From contig OZ037833.1 of NCBI GenBank assembly GCA_964035575.1, positions 2,542,001-2,606,000 on the forward strand: 64,000 nucleotides of DNA, written 5' to 3'. The position numbers and the translations under genes were made by a program. Shown piece after piece: positions 10,901 through 20,901 of this stretch. Origin of the DNA: Rhynchopus sp. YZ270_cl-10 (Eukaryota). Each line of letters opens with the position of its first letter. The stretch's first letter is position 1. Under the pieces are notes generated by a model. It did not search any database. It was not told the DNA's origin and saw only the letters and a list, made by a program, of their open reading frames with translations.

Positions 10901-12020
10901 GCCGTGGGGCAGGGCGCACGTTGCATGGTGCTGCGAGAACAAGGGTGTGCGGTGCGCTGACATGCAGGCCTCGGTGCAGGAGGACCGCTGCCTTGCCCTT
11001 GAGGAAACAGCGTCATCTGCTGCGTCTGTGCCTGCGTTGGCTGAGTGCTGTGCGGACTACGGCATTGGCTGCAGTGCACGCTTCGACTGCTTCGACGGGA
11101 CGAACGTGACGCAGTGGGAGGCGACGAAGCGCACGTGGTGCTGCCGTGAGAAGGACGTTGCGTGCAGTGTGCGGTGCAGCGCAAAGGCAGCCCTGAGCCC
11201 TGCGGCAGTGGACTACTGCTGCGCCACGAAGGGTGTGTCGTGCTCTGCTCAGTGGGTTGAGGAGCAGCGCATCCTTGACGACGATGCCGAGGACACAGAG
11301 ACCGCTGCAGGCACGGTGCTTGAGGAGCTCCGCCTCAAGGTGGAGGGCTTCAGTGCAGAGGACGTGCTGCAGGATCCGAAGAAGACGCTTGCGAAGGTGC
11401 GCCAGGCGCTGCTCCGCCTCTCCCCGACACTCCGCTCCGAAAACCTTCTTGTCCGCCAGATCGGTGCTCTGATGGCCAACGCGACTGTGCCGCCTGCTGA
11501 CAAGTGGGACTCCTGGGCGAGGGAGGTTCTGCGCACGTGGAACGCAGAGTGCCTTCCCGACGAGGAGGAGGAGAACGTGAATGTGAACGTGACGGTTGTG
11601 TCGCGTGCTGCAAGCACCCTTGGAGCCAGCGGCAGCGGCAACGGCGCGTGGGTGGACTTTGCACTGAAGGGTGCCTCGGCCGAGGAGGTGGACCGTGTGC
11701 ACGGCGAGATGGGGGCCGCAGTGGCGAAGCAGGGAGCCTCAGGGAGCCTGCGCCCTATTGGTGGGTTGGAGGTGCGTGCTGCAGAGGGTGGCTTGTCTGC
11801 GGAGTCTGGGTCTGGGTCTGATGGCGAGTCTGTGCCTGCATGGCTGATCCCACTCGCAGCAGGTGTGCTGTCCTTGTGTCTTGGTGGTGCTGTGGTGGCT
11901 CTTTTCATGAAGAAGAATGGCAAACGTGAGTGCACAGCAGATGAGACCAACGCTGTGTCAGCAAGCCTCATCGGAGACGAGCTCAAACCCGTTGAATGTC
12001 CAGAGGTGTCCGAGGTGTAG
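7917..12020 (+). CDS. Surface glycoprotein, identical copy
   Basis: Same 1367-aa translation. Confidence 0.9.
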   Translation: MLRCVALVAVLSLGHVAGDANTASQSQHPAKVSREFVSAEKNITNEHTQAHSSEKFVSEEKLSEAKVSQEYSEQKNVTAELSEEKVSVEQSEPKYISEEKNATRAVSEAKLSEEHSEARVSAEEIVTTELSQAKVSEEQSESKYVSEEKSMTGELSEAKVSEQKSGEKSVTAGKTATRELSQAKLSEEQSEPIVSEEKAVTQGLSLEKVTEEHSEPKSTSEEKNVTAALSEEHVSEEVSEPKYTSEEKNITSELSQTRASEEQSEPKVTNEQSEPKYVSEEKNATDEVSEAKVSQEQTQSQQKLSSEEKNVAAELSEAKVTEEQSEPKYISEEKNVTTALSEEHVSEEQSEPKYTSEEKYITSELSQARESEEQSEPKYWSEEKNATEEVSEAKYTSEEKGITSELSQERASEEQSEPKVTNELSQAKVTEEQSEPIVSEEKAVTQELSQEKVTEEHSELKYTSEEKNVTAALSEEHVSEEQSEPKYTSEEKYITSELSQTRASEEQSEPKIVSEEKNMTGELSEAKVSEQKSGEKSVTAGKTATRELSQAKLSEEQSEPIVSEEKAVTQGLSLEKVTEEHSEPKYTSEEKNVTSELSEAKVSEPKSGEKSATGEVSEAKVTEEQSEAKVTHELSQAKVTEEHSELKYTSEEKNATMALSEDHVSDEVSEAKYTSEEKNITSELSQARASEEQSETKYTSEEKGITSELSQERASEEQSEPKVTSELSQAKVTEEQSEPKYVSEEKNATEEVSEAKVSEEQTQSQQQLSSEEKNVAAELSEAKYTSEDKDATMAVSEAKVSEEVSELKAISGEKNATTELSESKVTEEVSDEEKDVTTAQSEEKLAEEASEPTYVSESKNITKELSQAQVTEEQSESKITNELSEAKYTEEQSEVKGISDEEKHTTTSEQSESVSEVKATSLCTGRVGTWDEEVATYCCLEEGLGCAAVPSFSCKHADVAETAEWSEERREFCCETGVVCGDDAFDCTWNAQTAEPWGRAHVAWCCENKGVRCADMQASVQEDRCLALEETASSAASVPALAECCADYGIGCSARFDCFDGTNVTQWEATKRTWCCREKDVACSVRCSAKAALSPAAVDYCCATKGVSCSAQWVEEQRILDDDAEDTETAAGTVLEELRLKVEGFSAEDVLQDPKKTLAKVRQALLRLSPTLRSENLLVRQIGALMANATVPPADKWDSWAREVLRTWNAECLPDEEEENVNVNVTVVSRAASTLGASGSGNGAWVDFALKGASAEEVDRVHGEMGAAVAKQGASGSLRPIGGLEVRAAEGGLSAESGSGSDGESVPAWLIPLAAGVLSLCLGGAVVALFMKKNGKRECTADETNAVSASLIGDELKPVECPEVSEV

Positions 12021-13320
12021 ATGCACAATACGGAGTCCTGTAATGTTTTATCCTTGTCTTCTCTTTGAAAGATGTGTGTGGTGATGCATGCATTTTTTTC
12101 TATTTTAATTGTCTTCAATTTCAGAATAATTTGCCTTCAATTTGGCGAATCCTCCAAAACCCCTGATAATATAGCAAATTGATATATTGCGTTTCTTCAT
12201 TATGTTTGTGCGTGTTTTACGTTTTACGTTTTACTTTTTACTTTTTCCTTTGAAATATGTGATATGATTTGATTGTATGGTCTATTCACTTCATAGTATT
12301 ATTGCCAGTGTCTGCGTCCCAGAGGCGTTTGCCACGATGAACTTATCTTTTCTTTTCTTTTCTTTTCTTGCTTTTTCCTTTTATTTCGTCCACAAGCCGT
12401 AGGCCACTTTCCACCTTCCCGTGTTCAGCCATTCTCCCAGCCTTGCTTGAAGGTTCCTTTGGTCGTACACCGTGAAGAACACTGCGTCACATACTGTGGT
12501 GTCTCACGCCATGTGCGGTAGCATTGGCACCCTGGCAGAGCGGGGCAGATTCTGAATGGGAAGTGTGCACAAGACAGCTGTCGGTTTGTTGGTTTGGGTG
12601 GGGCTGTGCAAAGGTCTCCCTTTTTTTTGAGGTAGCTTTGCACACCTTTCATGCTTCGACCACGAAACATTAAGGTGTTTGTCATTGTTGTTTGCTTGCT
12701 TGCTTGTTGCATGTACGTGAGCGAGTGAGTGATCGACGCGCAGTCAAAGATCAATAGCTGTGTTCGTTGACACCTATGATTTTCTTCTATTTTATCTAAA
12801 TCCCTTTACCCCACATGGACATTTCTACAAATTCAATCATGTGAAGTGCGGCATGCATGGGTGTCTTTTATGTCTACAGAAGCATTTGCCACTCGCCCAA
12901 CTTCATCCTTTTCCATGACCACCCTCCCAAAGAAAAGCGAAAACAAAACACACCTTTATTCTGGTGTGTTTCTGAAGAACTTTCCTTTTGTTCTTCGCAC
13001 AATCCATTCTTTAAACACCGTCGGGGTGGATGGGCGGCAACGGTACTTAACCTGTATCCGTTGAGCACGCTCATTTCGTTCAGGTGGCTAACCTTTCATT
13101 TTGAAGCAACGGGGTGTCTCTCTCTGTCCTCCCTTTCATCCAAAGACAGAAAGCGTCACCCCTTGCCTCCCTACTACAATACAGACCAAGACTCCCCTTT
13201 TCTACATTACTTTTCAACCCCACCCTTTTGTGCAGTACATAGCTTTGTATGTGTCCTGCATCTTCTCCTCTCCCTTCCACCCTTCCCAACAGATAACCCT
13301 GACTATATTTTGCAGACACA

Positions 13321-16300
13321 ATGCTGCGGTGTGTTGCGCTTGTGGCGGTGCTCAGTCTCGGACACGTGGCTGGAGATGCCAACACTGCATCTCAGTCTCA
13401 GCACCCAGCAAAGGTGTCTCGTGAGTTCGTCAGTGCAGAGAAGAACATCACGAACGAACACACACAGGCACATTCTTCGGAGAAGTTCGTCAGCGAAGAG
13501 AAGTTGTCTGAGGCAAAGGTGTCGCAGGAATACTCTGAGCAGAAGAACGTGACCGCGGAGCTCTCGGAGGAGAAGGTTTCAGTGGAGCAGTCTGAGCCCA
13601 AGTACATCAGCGAGGAGAAGAACGCAACAAGGGCAGTGTCTGAGGCAAAGCTTTCGGAGGAGCACTCAGAGGCCAGAGTCAGTGCAGAGGAGATCGTCAC
13701 AACCGAACTGTCGCAGGCAAAGGTTTCGGAGGAGCAGTCTGAGTCCAAGTACGTGAGTGAGGAGAAGAGCATGACCGGCGAACTGTCTGAGGCAAAGGTT
13801 TCGGAGCAGAAGTCTGGGGAGAAGTCTGTCACTGCAGGGAAGACCGCCACCAGAGAACTGTCGCAGGCAAAGCTTTCTGAGGAGCAGTCTGAACCAATTG
13901 TGAGTGAGGAGAAGGCGGTGACGCAGGGTCTCTCACTGGAAAAAGTGACTGAGGAACACTCTGAGCCAAAGTCCACCAGCGAGGAGAAGAACGTGACCGC
14001 GGCACTGTCTGAGGAACATGTTTCGGAGGAGGTGTCGGAGCCGAAGTACACCAGCGAGGAGAAGAACATCACCAGCGAGCTTTCGCAGACACGTGCGTCT
14101 GAGGAGCAGTCTGAACCCAAGGTCACGAACGAGCAGTCTGAGCCGAAGTACGTGAGTGAGGAGAAGAACGCGACAGATGAGGTGTCTGAGGCAAAGGTTT
14201 CGCAGGAGCAGACACAGTCTCAGCAGAAGCTCAGCAGCGAAGAGAAGAATGTTGCGGCCGAGCTGTCTGAGGCAAAGGTCACTGAGGAGCAGTCTGAGCC
14301 AAAGTACATCAGTGAAGAAAAGAACGTGACCACGGCACTGTCTGAGGAACATGTTTCGGAAGAGCAGTCTGAGCCGAAGTACACCAGTGAGGAGAAATAC
14401 ATCACCAGCGAGCTTTCGCAGGCACGTGAGTCTGAGGAGCAGTCTGAGCCGAAGTACTGGAGCGAGGAGAAGAACGCGACAGAGGAGGTGTCGGAGGCGA
14501 AGTACACGAGTGAGGAGAAGGGCATCACCAGCGAGCTTTCGCAGGAACGTGCGTCTGAGGAGCAGTCTGAGCCGAAGGTCACGAACGAGCTTTCGCAGGC
14601 AAAGGTGACTGAGGAGCAGTCTGAACCTATTGTGAGTGAGGAGAAGGCGGTGACGCAGGAGCTCTCACAGGAAAAAGTGACTGAGGAACACTCCGAGCTG
14701 AAGTACACCAGTGAGGAGAAGAACGTGACTGCGGCACTGTCTGAGGAACATGTTTCGGAGGAGCAGTCTGAGCCGAAGTACACGAGTGAGGAGAAATACA
14801 TCACCAGCGAGCTTTCGCAGACACGTGCGTCTGAGGAGCAGTCTGAGCCCAAGATTGTGAGTGAGGAGAAGAACATGACCGGCGAACTGTCTGAGGCAAA
14901 GGTTTCGGAGCAGAAGTCTGGGGAGAAGTCTGTCACTGCAGGGAAGACCGCCACCAGAGAACTGTCGCAGGCAAAGCTTTCTGAGGAGCAGTCTGAACCA
15001 ATTGTGAGTGAGGAGAAGGCAGTGACGCAGGGTCTCTCACTGGAAAAAGTGACTGAGGAACACTCTGAACCCAAGTACACCAGCGAGGAGAAGAACGTAA
15101 CCAGCGAACTGTCTGAGGCAAAGGTTTCGGAGCCTAAGTCTGGAGAGAAGTCTGCTACCGGAGAAGTGTCTGAGGCAAAGGTGACTGAGGAGCAGTCTGA
15201 AGCGAAGGTCACGCACGAGCTTTCGCAGGCAAAAGTGACTGAGGAACACTCCGAGCTGAAGTACACCAGCGAGGAGAAGAACGCGACCATGGCACTGTCT
15301 GAGGATCATGTTTCAGATGAGGTGTCGGAGGCAAAGTACACCAGTGAGGAGAAGAACATCACCAGCGAGCTTTCGCAGGCACGTGCGTCTGAGGAGCAGT
15401 CTGAGACGAAGTACACGAGTGAGGAGAAGGGCATCACCAGCGAGCTTTCGCAGGAACGTGCGTCTGAGGAGCAGTCTGAGCCGAAGGTCACGAGCGAGCT
15501 TTCGCAGGCAAAGGTGACTGAGGAGCAGTCTGAGCCGAAGTACGTGAGTGAGGAGAAGAACGCGACAGAGGAAGTGTCTGAGGCAAAGGTTTCGGAGGAG
15601 CAGACACAGTCTCAGCAGCAGCTCAGCAGCGAAGAGAAGAATGTTGCGGCCGAGCTGTCTGAGGCGAAGTACACCAGCGAGGACAAGGACGCAACAATGG
15701 CAGTGTCTGAGGCAAAGGTTTCGGAGGAGGTGTCTGAGCTGAAAGCCATCAGCGGAGAGAAGAACGCAACTACTGAACTGTCTGAGTCGAAGGTTACGGA
15801 AGAGGTGTCTGACGAGGAGAAGGACGTGACGACGGCACAGTCGGAGGAAAAGCTTGCGGAAGAGGCGTCTGAGCCGACGTACGTCAGCGAATCGAAGAAC
15901 ATCACGAAGGAACTGTCGCAGGCACAGGTGACAGAAGAGCAGTCTGAGTCGAAGATCACGAACGAGCTCTCTGAGGCAAAGTATACGGAGGAGCAGTCTG
16001 AGGTGAAGGGCATCAGCGATGAGGAGAAGCACACGACCACATCTGAGCAATCGGAATCCGTGTCTGAGGTGAAGGCGACGTCGCTTTGCACCGGACGTGT
16101 GGGGACCTGGGACGAGGAGGTTGCGACGTACTGCTGCTTGGAGGAGGGTCTGGGCTGTGCCGCAGTGCCGTCCTTTTCGTGCAAACACGCGGATGTGGCC
16201 GAGACTGCAGAGTGGAGTGAGGAGAGACGTGAGTTCTGCTGCGAGACTGGCGTTGTGTGTGGCGATGATGCCTTTGACTGCACGTGGAATGCACAGACTG

Positions 16301-17424
16301 CGGAGCCGTGGGGCAGGGCGCACGTTGCATGGTGCTGCGAGAACAAGGGTGTGCGGTGCGCTGACATGCAGGCCTCGGTGCAGGAGGACCGCTGCCTTGC
16401 CCTTGAGGAAACAGCGTCATCTGCTGCGTCTGTGCCTGCGTTGGCTGAGTGCTGTGCGGACTACGGCATTGGCTGCAGTGCACGCTTCGACTGCTTCGAC
16501 GGGACGAACGTGACGCAGTGGGAGGCGACGAAGCGCACGTGGTGCTGCCGTGAGAAGGACGTTGCGTGCAGTGTGCGGTGCAGCGCAAAGGCAGCCCTGA
16601 GCCCTGCGGCAGTGGACTACTGCTGCGCCACGAAGGGTGTGTCGTGCTCTGCTCAGTGGGTTGAGGAGCAGCGCATCCTTGACGACGATGCCGAGGACAC
16701 AGAGACCGCTGCAGGCACGGTGCTTGAGGAGCTCCGCCTCAAGGTGGAGGGCTTCAGTGCAGAGGACGTGCTGCAGGATCCGAAGAAGACGCTTGCGAAG
16801 GTGCGCCAGGCGCTGCTCCGCCTCTCCCCGACACTCCGCTCCGAAAACCTTCTTGTCCGCCAGATCGGTGCTCTGATGGCCAACGCGACTGTGCCGCCTG
16901 CTGACAAGTGGGACTCCTGGGCGAGGGAGGTTCTGCGCACGTGGAACGCAGAGTGCCTTCCCGACGAGGAGGAGGAGAACGTGAATGTGAACGTGACGGT
17001 TGTGTCGCGTGCTGCAAGCACCCTTGGAGCCAGCGGCAGCGGCAACGGCGCGTGGGTGGACTTTGCACTGAAGGGTGCCTCGGCCGAGGAGGTGGACCGT
17101 GTGCACGGCGAGATGGGGGCCGCAGTGGCGAAGCAGGGAGCCTCAGGGAGCCTGCGCCCTATTGGTGGGTTGGAGGTGCGTGCTGCAGAGGGTGGCTTGT
17201 CTGCGGAGTCTGGGTCTGGGTCTGATGGCGAGTCTGTGCCTGCATGGCTGATCCCACTCGCAGCAGGTGTGCTGTCCTTGTGTCTTGGTGGTGCTGTGGT
17301 GGCTCTTTTCATGAAGAAGAATGGCAAACGTGAGTGCACAGCAGATGAGACCAACGCTGTGTCAGCAAGCCTCATCGGAGACGAGCTCAAACCCGTTGAA
17401 TGTCCAGAGGTGTCCGAGGTGTAG
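13321..17424 (+). CDS. Surface glycoprotein, identical copy
   Basis: Same 1367-aa translation. Confidence 0.9.
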   Translation: MLRCVALVAVLSLGHVAGDANTASQSQHPAKVSREFVSAEKNITNEHTQAHSSEKFVSEEKLSEAKVSQEYSEQKNVTAELSEEKVSVEQSEPKYISEEKNATRAVSEAKLSEEHSEARVSAEEIVTTELSQAKVSEEQSESKYVSEEKSMTGELSEAKVSEQKSGEKSVTAGKTATRELSQAKLSEEQSEPIVSEEKAVTQGLSLEKVTEEHSEPKSTSEEKNVTAALSEEHVSEEVSEPKYTSEEKNITSELSQTRASEEQSEPKVTNEQSEPKYVSEEKNATDEVSEAKVSQEQTQSQQKLSSEEKNVAAELSEAKVTEEQSEPKYISEEKNVTTALSEEHVSEEQSEPKYTSEEKYITSELSQARESEEQSEPKYWSEEKNATEEVSEAKYTSEEKGITSELSQERASEEQSEPKVTNELSQAKVTEEQSEPIVSEEKAVTQELSQEKVTEEHSELKYTSEEKNVTAALSEEHVSEEQSEPKYTSEEKYITSELSQTRASEEQSEPKIVSEEKNMTGELSEAKVSEQKSGEKSVTAGKTATRELSQAKLSEEQSEPIVSEEKAVTQGLSLEKVTEEHSEPKYTSEEKNVTSELSEAKVSEPKSGEKSATGEVSEAKVTEEQSEAKVTHELSQAKVTEEHSELKYTSEEKNATMALSEDHVSDEVSEAKYTSEEKNITSELSQARASEEQSETKYTSEEKGITSELSQERASEEQSEPKVTSELSQAKVTEEQSEPKYVSEEKNATEEVSEAKVSEEQTQSQQQLSSEEKNVAAELSEAKYTSEDKDATMAVSEAKVSEEVSELKAISGEKNATTELSESKVTEEVSDEEKDVTTAQSEEKLAEEASEPTYVSESKNITKELSQAQVTEEQSESKITNELSEAKYTEEQSEVKGISDEEKHTTTSEQSESVSEVKATSLCTGRVGTWDEEVATYCCLEEGLGCAAVPSFSCKHADVAETAEWSEERREFCCETGVVCGDDAFDCTWNAQTAEPWGRAHVAWCCENKGVRCADMQASVQEDRCLALEETASSAASVPALAECCADYGIGCSARFDCFDGTNVTQWEATKRTWCCREKDVACSVRCSAKAALSPAAVDYCCATKGVSCSAQWVEEQRILDDDAEDTETAAGTVLEELRLKVEGFSAEDVLQDPKKTLAKVRQALLRLSPTLRSENLLVRQIGALMANATVPPADKWDSWAREVLRTWNAECLPDEEEENVNVNVTVVSRAASTLGASGSGNGAWVDFALKGASAEEVDRVHGEMGAAVAKQGASGSLRPIGGLEVRAAEGGLSAESGSGSDGESVPAWLIPLAAGVLSLCLGGAVVALFMKKNGKRECTADETNAVSASLIGDELKPVECPEVSEV

Positions 17425-18802
17425 ATGCACAATACGGAGTCCTGTAATGTTTTATCCTTGTCTTCTCTTTGAAAGATGTGTGTGGTGATGCATGCATTTT
17501 TTTCTATTTTAATTGTCTTCAATTTCAGAATAATTTGCCTTCAATTTGGCGAATCCTCCAAAACCCCTGATAATATAGCAAATTGATATATTGCGTTTCT
17601 TCATTATGTTTGTGCGTGTTTTACGTTTTACGTTTTACTTTTTACTTTTTCCTTTGAAATATGTGATATGATTTGATTGTATGGTCTATTCACTTCATAG
17701 TATTATTGCCAGTGTCTGCGTCCCAGAGGCGTTTGCCACGATGAACTTATCTTTTCTTTTCTTTTCTTTTCTTGCTTTTTCCTTTTATTTCGTCCACAAG
17801 CCGTAGGCCACTTTCCACCTTCCCGTGTTCAGCCATTCTCCCAGCCTTGCTTGAAGGTTCCTTTGGTCGTACACCGTGAAGAACACTGCGTCACATACTG
17901 TGGTGTCTCACGCCATGTGCGGTAGCATTGGCACCCTGGCAGAGCGGGGCAGATTCTGAATGGGAAGTGTGCACAAGACAGCTGTCGGTTTGTTGGTTTG
18001 GGTGGGGCTGTGCAAAGGTCTCCCTTTTTTTTGAGGTAGCTTTGCACACCTTTCATGCTTCGACCACGAAACATTAAGGTGTTTGTCATTGTTGTTTGCT
18101 TGCTTGCTTGTTGCATGTACGTGAGCGAGTGAGTGATCGACGCGCAGTCAAAGATCAATAGCTGTGTTCGTTGACACCTATGATTTTCTTCTATTTTATC
18201 TAAATCCCTTTACCCCACATGGACATTTCTACAAATTCAATCATGTGAAGTGCGGCATGCATGGGTGTCTTTTATGTCTACAGAAGCATTTGCCACTCGC
18301 CCAACTTCATCCTTTTCCATGACCACCCTCCCAAAGAAAAGCGAAAACAAAACACACCTTTATTCTGGTGTGTTTCTGAAGAACTTTCCTTTTGTTCTTC
18401 GCACAATCCATTCTTTAAACACCGTCGGGGTGGATGGGCGGCAACGGTACTTAACCTGTATCCGTTGAGCACGCTCATTTCGTTCAGGTGGCTAACCTTT
18501 CATTTTGAAGCAACGGGGTGTCTCTCTCTGTCCTCCCTTTCATCCAAAGACAGAAAGCGTCACCCCTTGCCTCTGCCCCTTTTTTGAACGAATTTCTAAA
18601 AAACCTTGACGTTCATTGATTTTCTAATGTCTACTTTTGTCCACTTGACTCGGTTACGTTGGACTTGGGAGCCGGGAAGCTTTTTACTCAATGAATTTGC
18701 TTCCCTTTTCATTTCCCCAACTTCCTCTTCAAGGTACAACACTTGACCCATTTTATTAAGGTGACTAAGCACGAGAGGATTAGGGACATCTTATAAACTT
18801 TT

Positions 18803-18901
18803 CTTTTATTCCCGCTGTTCAAACCACAGTCATAACCCCTACCTCTTTTCATCCATCATCCTCCCTCTCTCCCCCCCCCACTTCCTATTACTATCACAGA
18901 G
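18803..18901 (+). repeat. ~97-bp direct repeat copy 1 (pyrimidine tract + cacag acceptor); copy 2 at 23476-23572
   Basis: cttttatt.ccgctgttcaaaccacagtcataacccctacctc...actatcacagag occurs at both sites with few differences. Confidence 0.9.
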
Positions 18902-18990
18902 CAGCGACTTGCCCTGAAACGTTTATTCCCCCCTCTTTTTGTTAGTTTAGTTCTGTTCTGTTCTGTTCCTAACCCCCTTTCTCTTCAAGT

Positions 18991-19329
18991 ATGTCTCCTG
19001 GTGTGGATGACGGAAGTGGACCCCTGCCCTTGGAGAATGCACAACAGGCTACCTCTTCCACAGCTGGTCTAAGAGACTCTGTTGCAGAAAAGCAAGAAGC
19101 TGTGAGGAAGCTGCAGACAGAGGAGGAGGCGCTGCAGACAGAGAGGAAGGAGCTCAGGGATCACATTGCTGAGCTCAGGGATCACATTGCTGTCTTAACC
19201 TGTTGTGTTCGGGAGAAGAAGACGTTCGCTGCCGATAACTTGGGTGCTGCTGTGACGCATTTTTTGGATGTCCCACCAAGCGAGGCCGTTGTACGCACCA
19301 TGATCACCAAGCTCGAGGGTCGACTGAAG
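18991..19329 (+). CDS. Exon 1 (coiled-coil header) of Crinkler/RHS-like gene
   Basis: 113 codons ending AAG|gtataa. A phase-0 join to 20902 gives ...KLEGRLK-RVEERLILEM... in frame. Confidence 0.65.
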
Positions 19330-19607
19330 GTATAACCGTTATTATTGTAGTTTCTATTCACTCAACCTTTGAGTTGAGTCATTACATGGTTGTACTGTCT
19401 GTGTGGCGTGGGGAACCTCGGACCTTTTGGAGGCACGGCGAGTGGTCTGCTTGCTTTTTACACCCATGTTTATTTCATCTTTCGAGCATGACCCATTCGC
19501 AACACACATTGGGGTTGCAAAGTTGGTTCTGGAGATGTACAGTGTGGTGCATCTTTGTTTTTTATTTTTTATTTTTTATTTTTTTTTTCACGTTTTGTGC
19601 TTTCACT

Positions 19608-20882
19608 GCAGGCCTAATGCTAACCGTTGGTTCGTCGGTTCACTTTTATTTATTATTTTTTTTTTTTTATCCGTTGGTTCGTCGGTTCACCCTTAAAAAT
19701 GGGGGTTTTTTGGGATGGGGGGTTCTCTGCCTGTGGTATGCCGTGGGTACCTTGGTCCTGGAGATGTGGGCGCCTGCGCCCGCATCTTCAGGAGGAAGGG
19801 AGATTAAAAGAAGGACACAGCGGTGCATACTGCGGCCCCCACCACTGGGTTCAAGGAGGAGGAGGGTCTGTCAGTCGACGAGACATCGAGTGTTGGAGAA
19901 GTTCTGAGCTCTGATACAGAGAGCGGTGTTGCATCTGTTGATGTTAAAGAGGAAAGCGAAGATGGCGATTGCGATGGCGGTGGCAGTGACGATGGAGACT
20001 TGTTTCAGGGATTCAATGATGCACCCCCCTTGCCGGCAAAAATAAAAAAAAGTAGCCTACCGTGCGCCTGCGGCGCAGCTCAAAAACTGGCAGCCCACAG
20101 CCCTCTACCATAGTTTGGCTGTAAAAATGTTCGGTTTTAGGTCACAATTTTGGTGCTATCCGGGGGGCGGCGTTTTGCAAAGTTTCACAAAGTTTCACAA
20201 AATGTCACAAAATGTCAATCCTATGCACAACGTTTCACAACGTGTCACAACACTTCGCAACTTTTCACAACTTTTCACAACTTTTCACAACTTTTCACAA
20301 CTATGTACACGCACCGTTGTGAAAAGTTGTGAAAAGTTGTGATTTTGATTGAAATTTTGTGAAAAGTTGTGAATGTTGTGAAAAGTTGTGAAAAGTTGTG
20401 ATTTTGATTGAAATTTGTGAAAAGTTGTGATTTTTATTGAAACTTTGCAAAACGCCGCCCCCCGGATAGCACCAAATTTTTGAAATGTTGCGTACCGTGG
20501 CTTCGCCAGAAAGTTTTGATGTCAATCGCCGTTTCTTCTTGTACTGAGGGAAGGTTTGGTTCACTAGAGAGAACCTAGTGCGACGGCTTGACGTGGAAAA
20601 ACGTGAGAAAAGGGTTGGTTTGGTTCTTGATGTACGTTACCATCCCACGTCATCACGTATTTACGCAAAATGAACGGACCTTTTCGCGCGGAGCGCAAAA
20701 AATTTTTGTTGACCCCTTTTTGGACATATCTTCACGATTTTGGGGAAATTTTTTTTTCATGAAGATAAGCGAAAACCCTGGACCCCTTCCCGGAGGGAAT
20801 TTTTTTTTTTCGCTTTTTTTTTTTTTTTTTTTCCGTTGGTTCACTTTTTTCCCCCCTCCCCCAAAGTTAGCATTAGGCCTGC
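19608..20882. mobile_element. Non-autonomous TIR element, 17-bp TIR, 7-bp flanking duplication tttcact
   Basis: gcaggcctaatgctaac (19608) / gttagcattaggcctgc (ends 20882); tttcact at 19601-19607 and 20883-20889. Confidence 0.8.
20151..20474. mobile_element. Nested fold-back MITE with ~36-bp TIR, internal ttttcacaac repeats, 5-bp TSD aattt
   Basis: tggtgctatccggggggcggcgttttgcaaagtttca and its reverse complement ending 20474; aattt on both sides. Confidence 0.85.
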
Positions 20883-20901
20883 TTTCACTTTACACAAACA
20901 G

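Larger units (their letters stand above)
1..18573 (+). repeat. Tandem gene array: partial unit 1-2368, then units 2369-7765 (5397 bp), 7766-13169 (5404 bp), 13170-18573 (5404 bp)
   Basis: Identical ORF sets recur at offsets 5404/5397/5404. Identity to the unit ends after ...caccccttgcctc at 18573. Confidence 0.97.
19330..20901 (+). other. Predicted GT-AG intron containing nested TIR elements
   Basis: GT at 19330, acacaaacag ending 20901; reading frame preserved across the join. Confidence 0.65.

Noticed and set aside
2597..17522. Many long antisense and alternate-frame ORFs over the tandem gene
   Set aside because: Shadows of a repetitive, stop-poor coding sequence; no independent motifs.
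19823..20113. Short acidic ORF
   Set aside because: Lies inside an intronic TIR element with no recognisable motif; at most a captured or transposase fragment.
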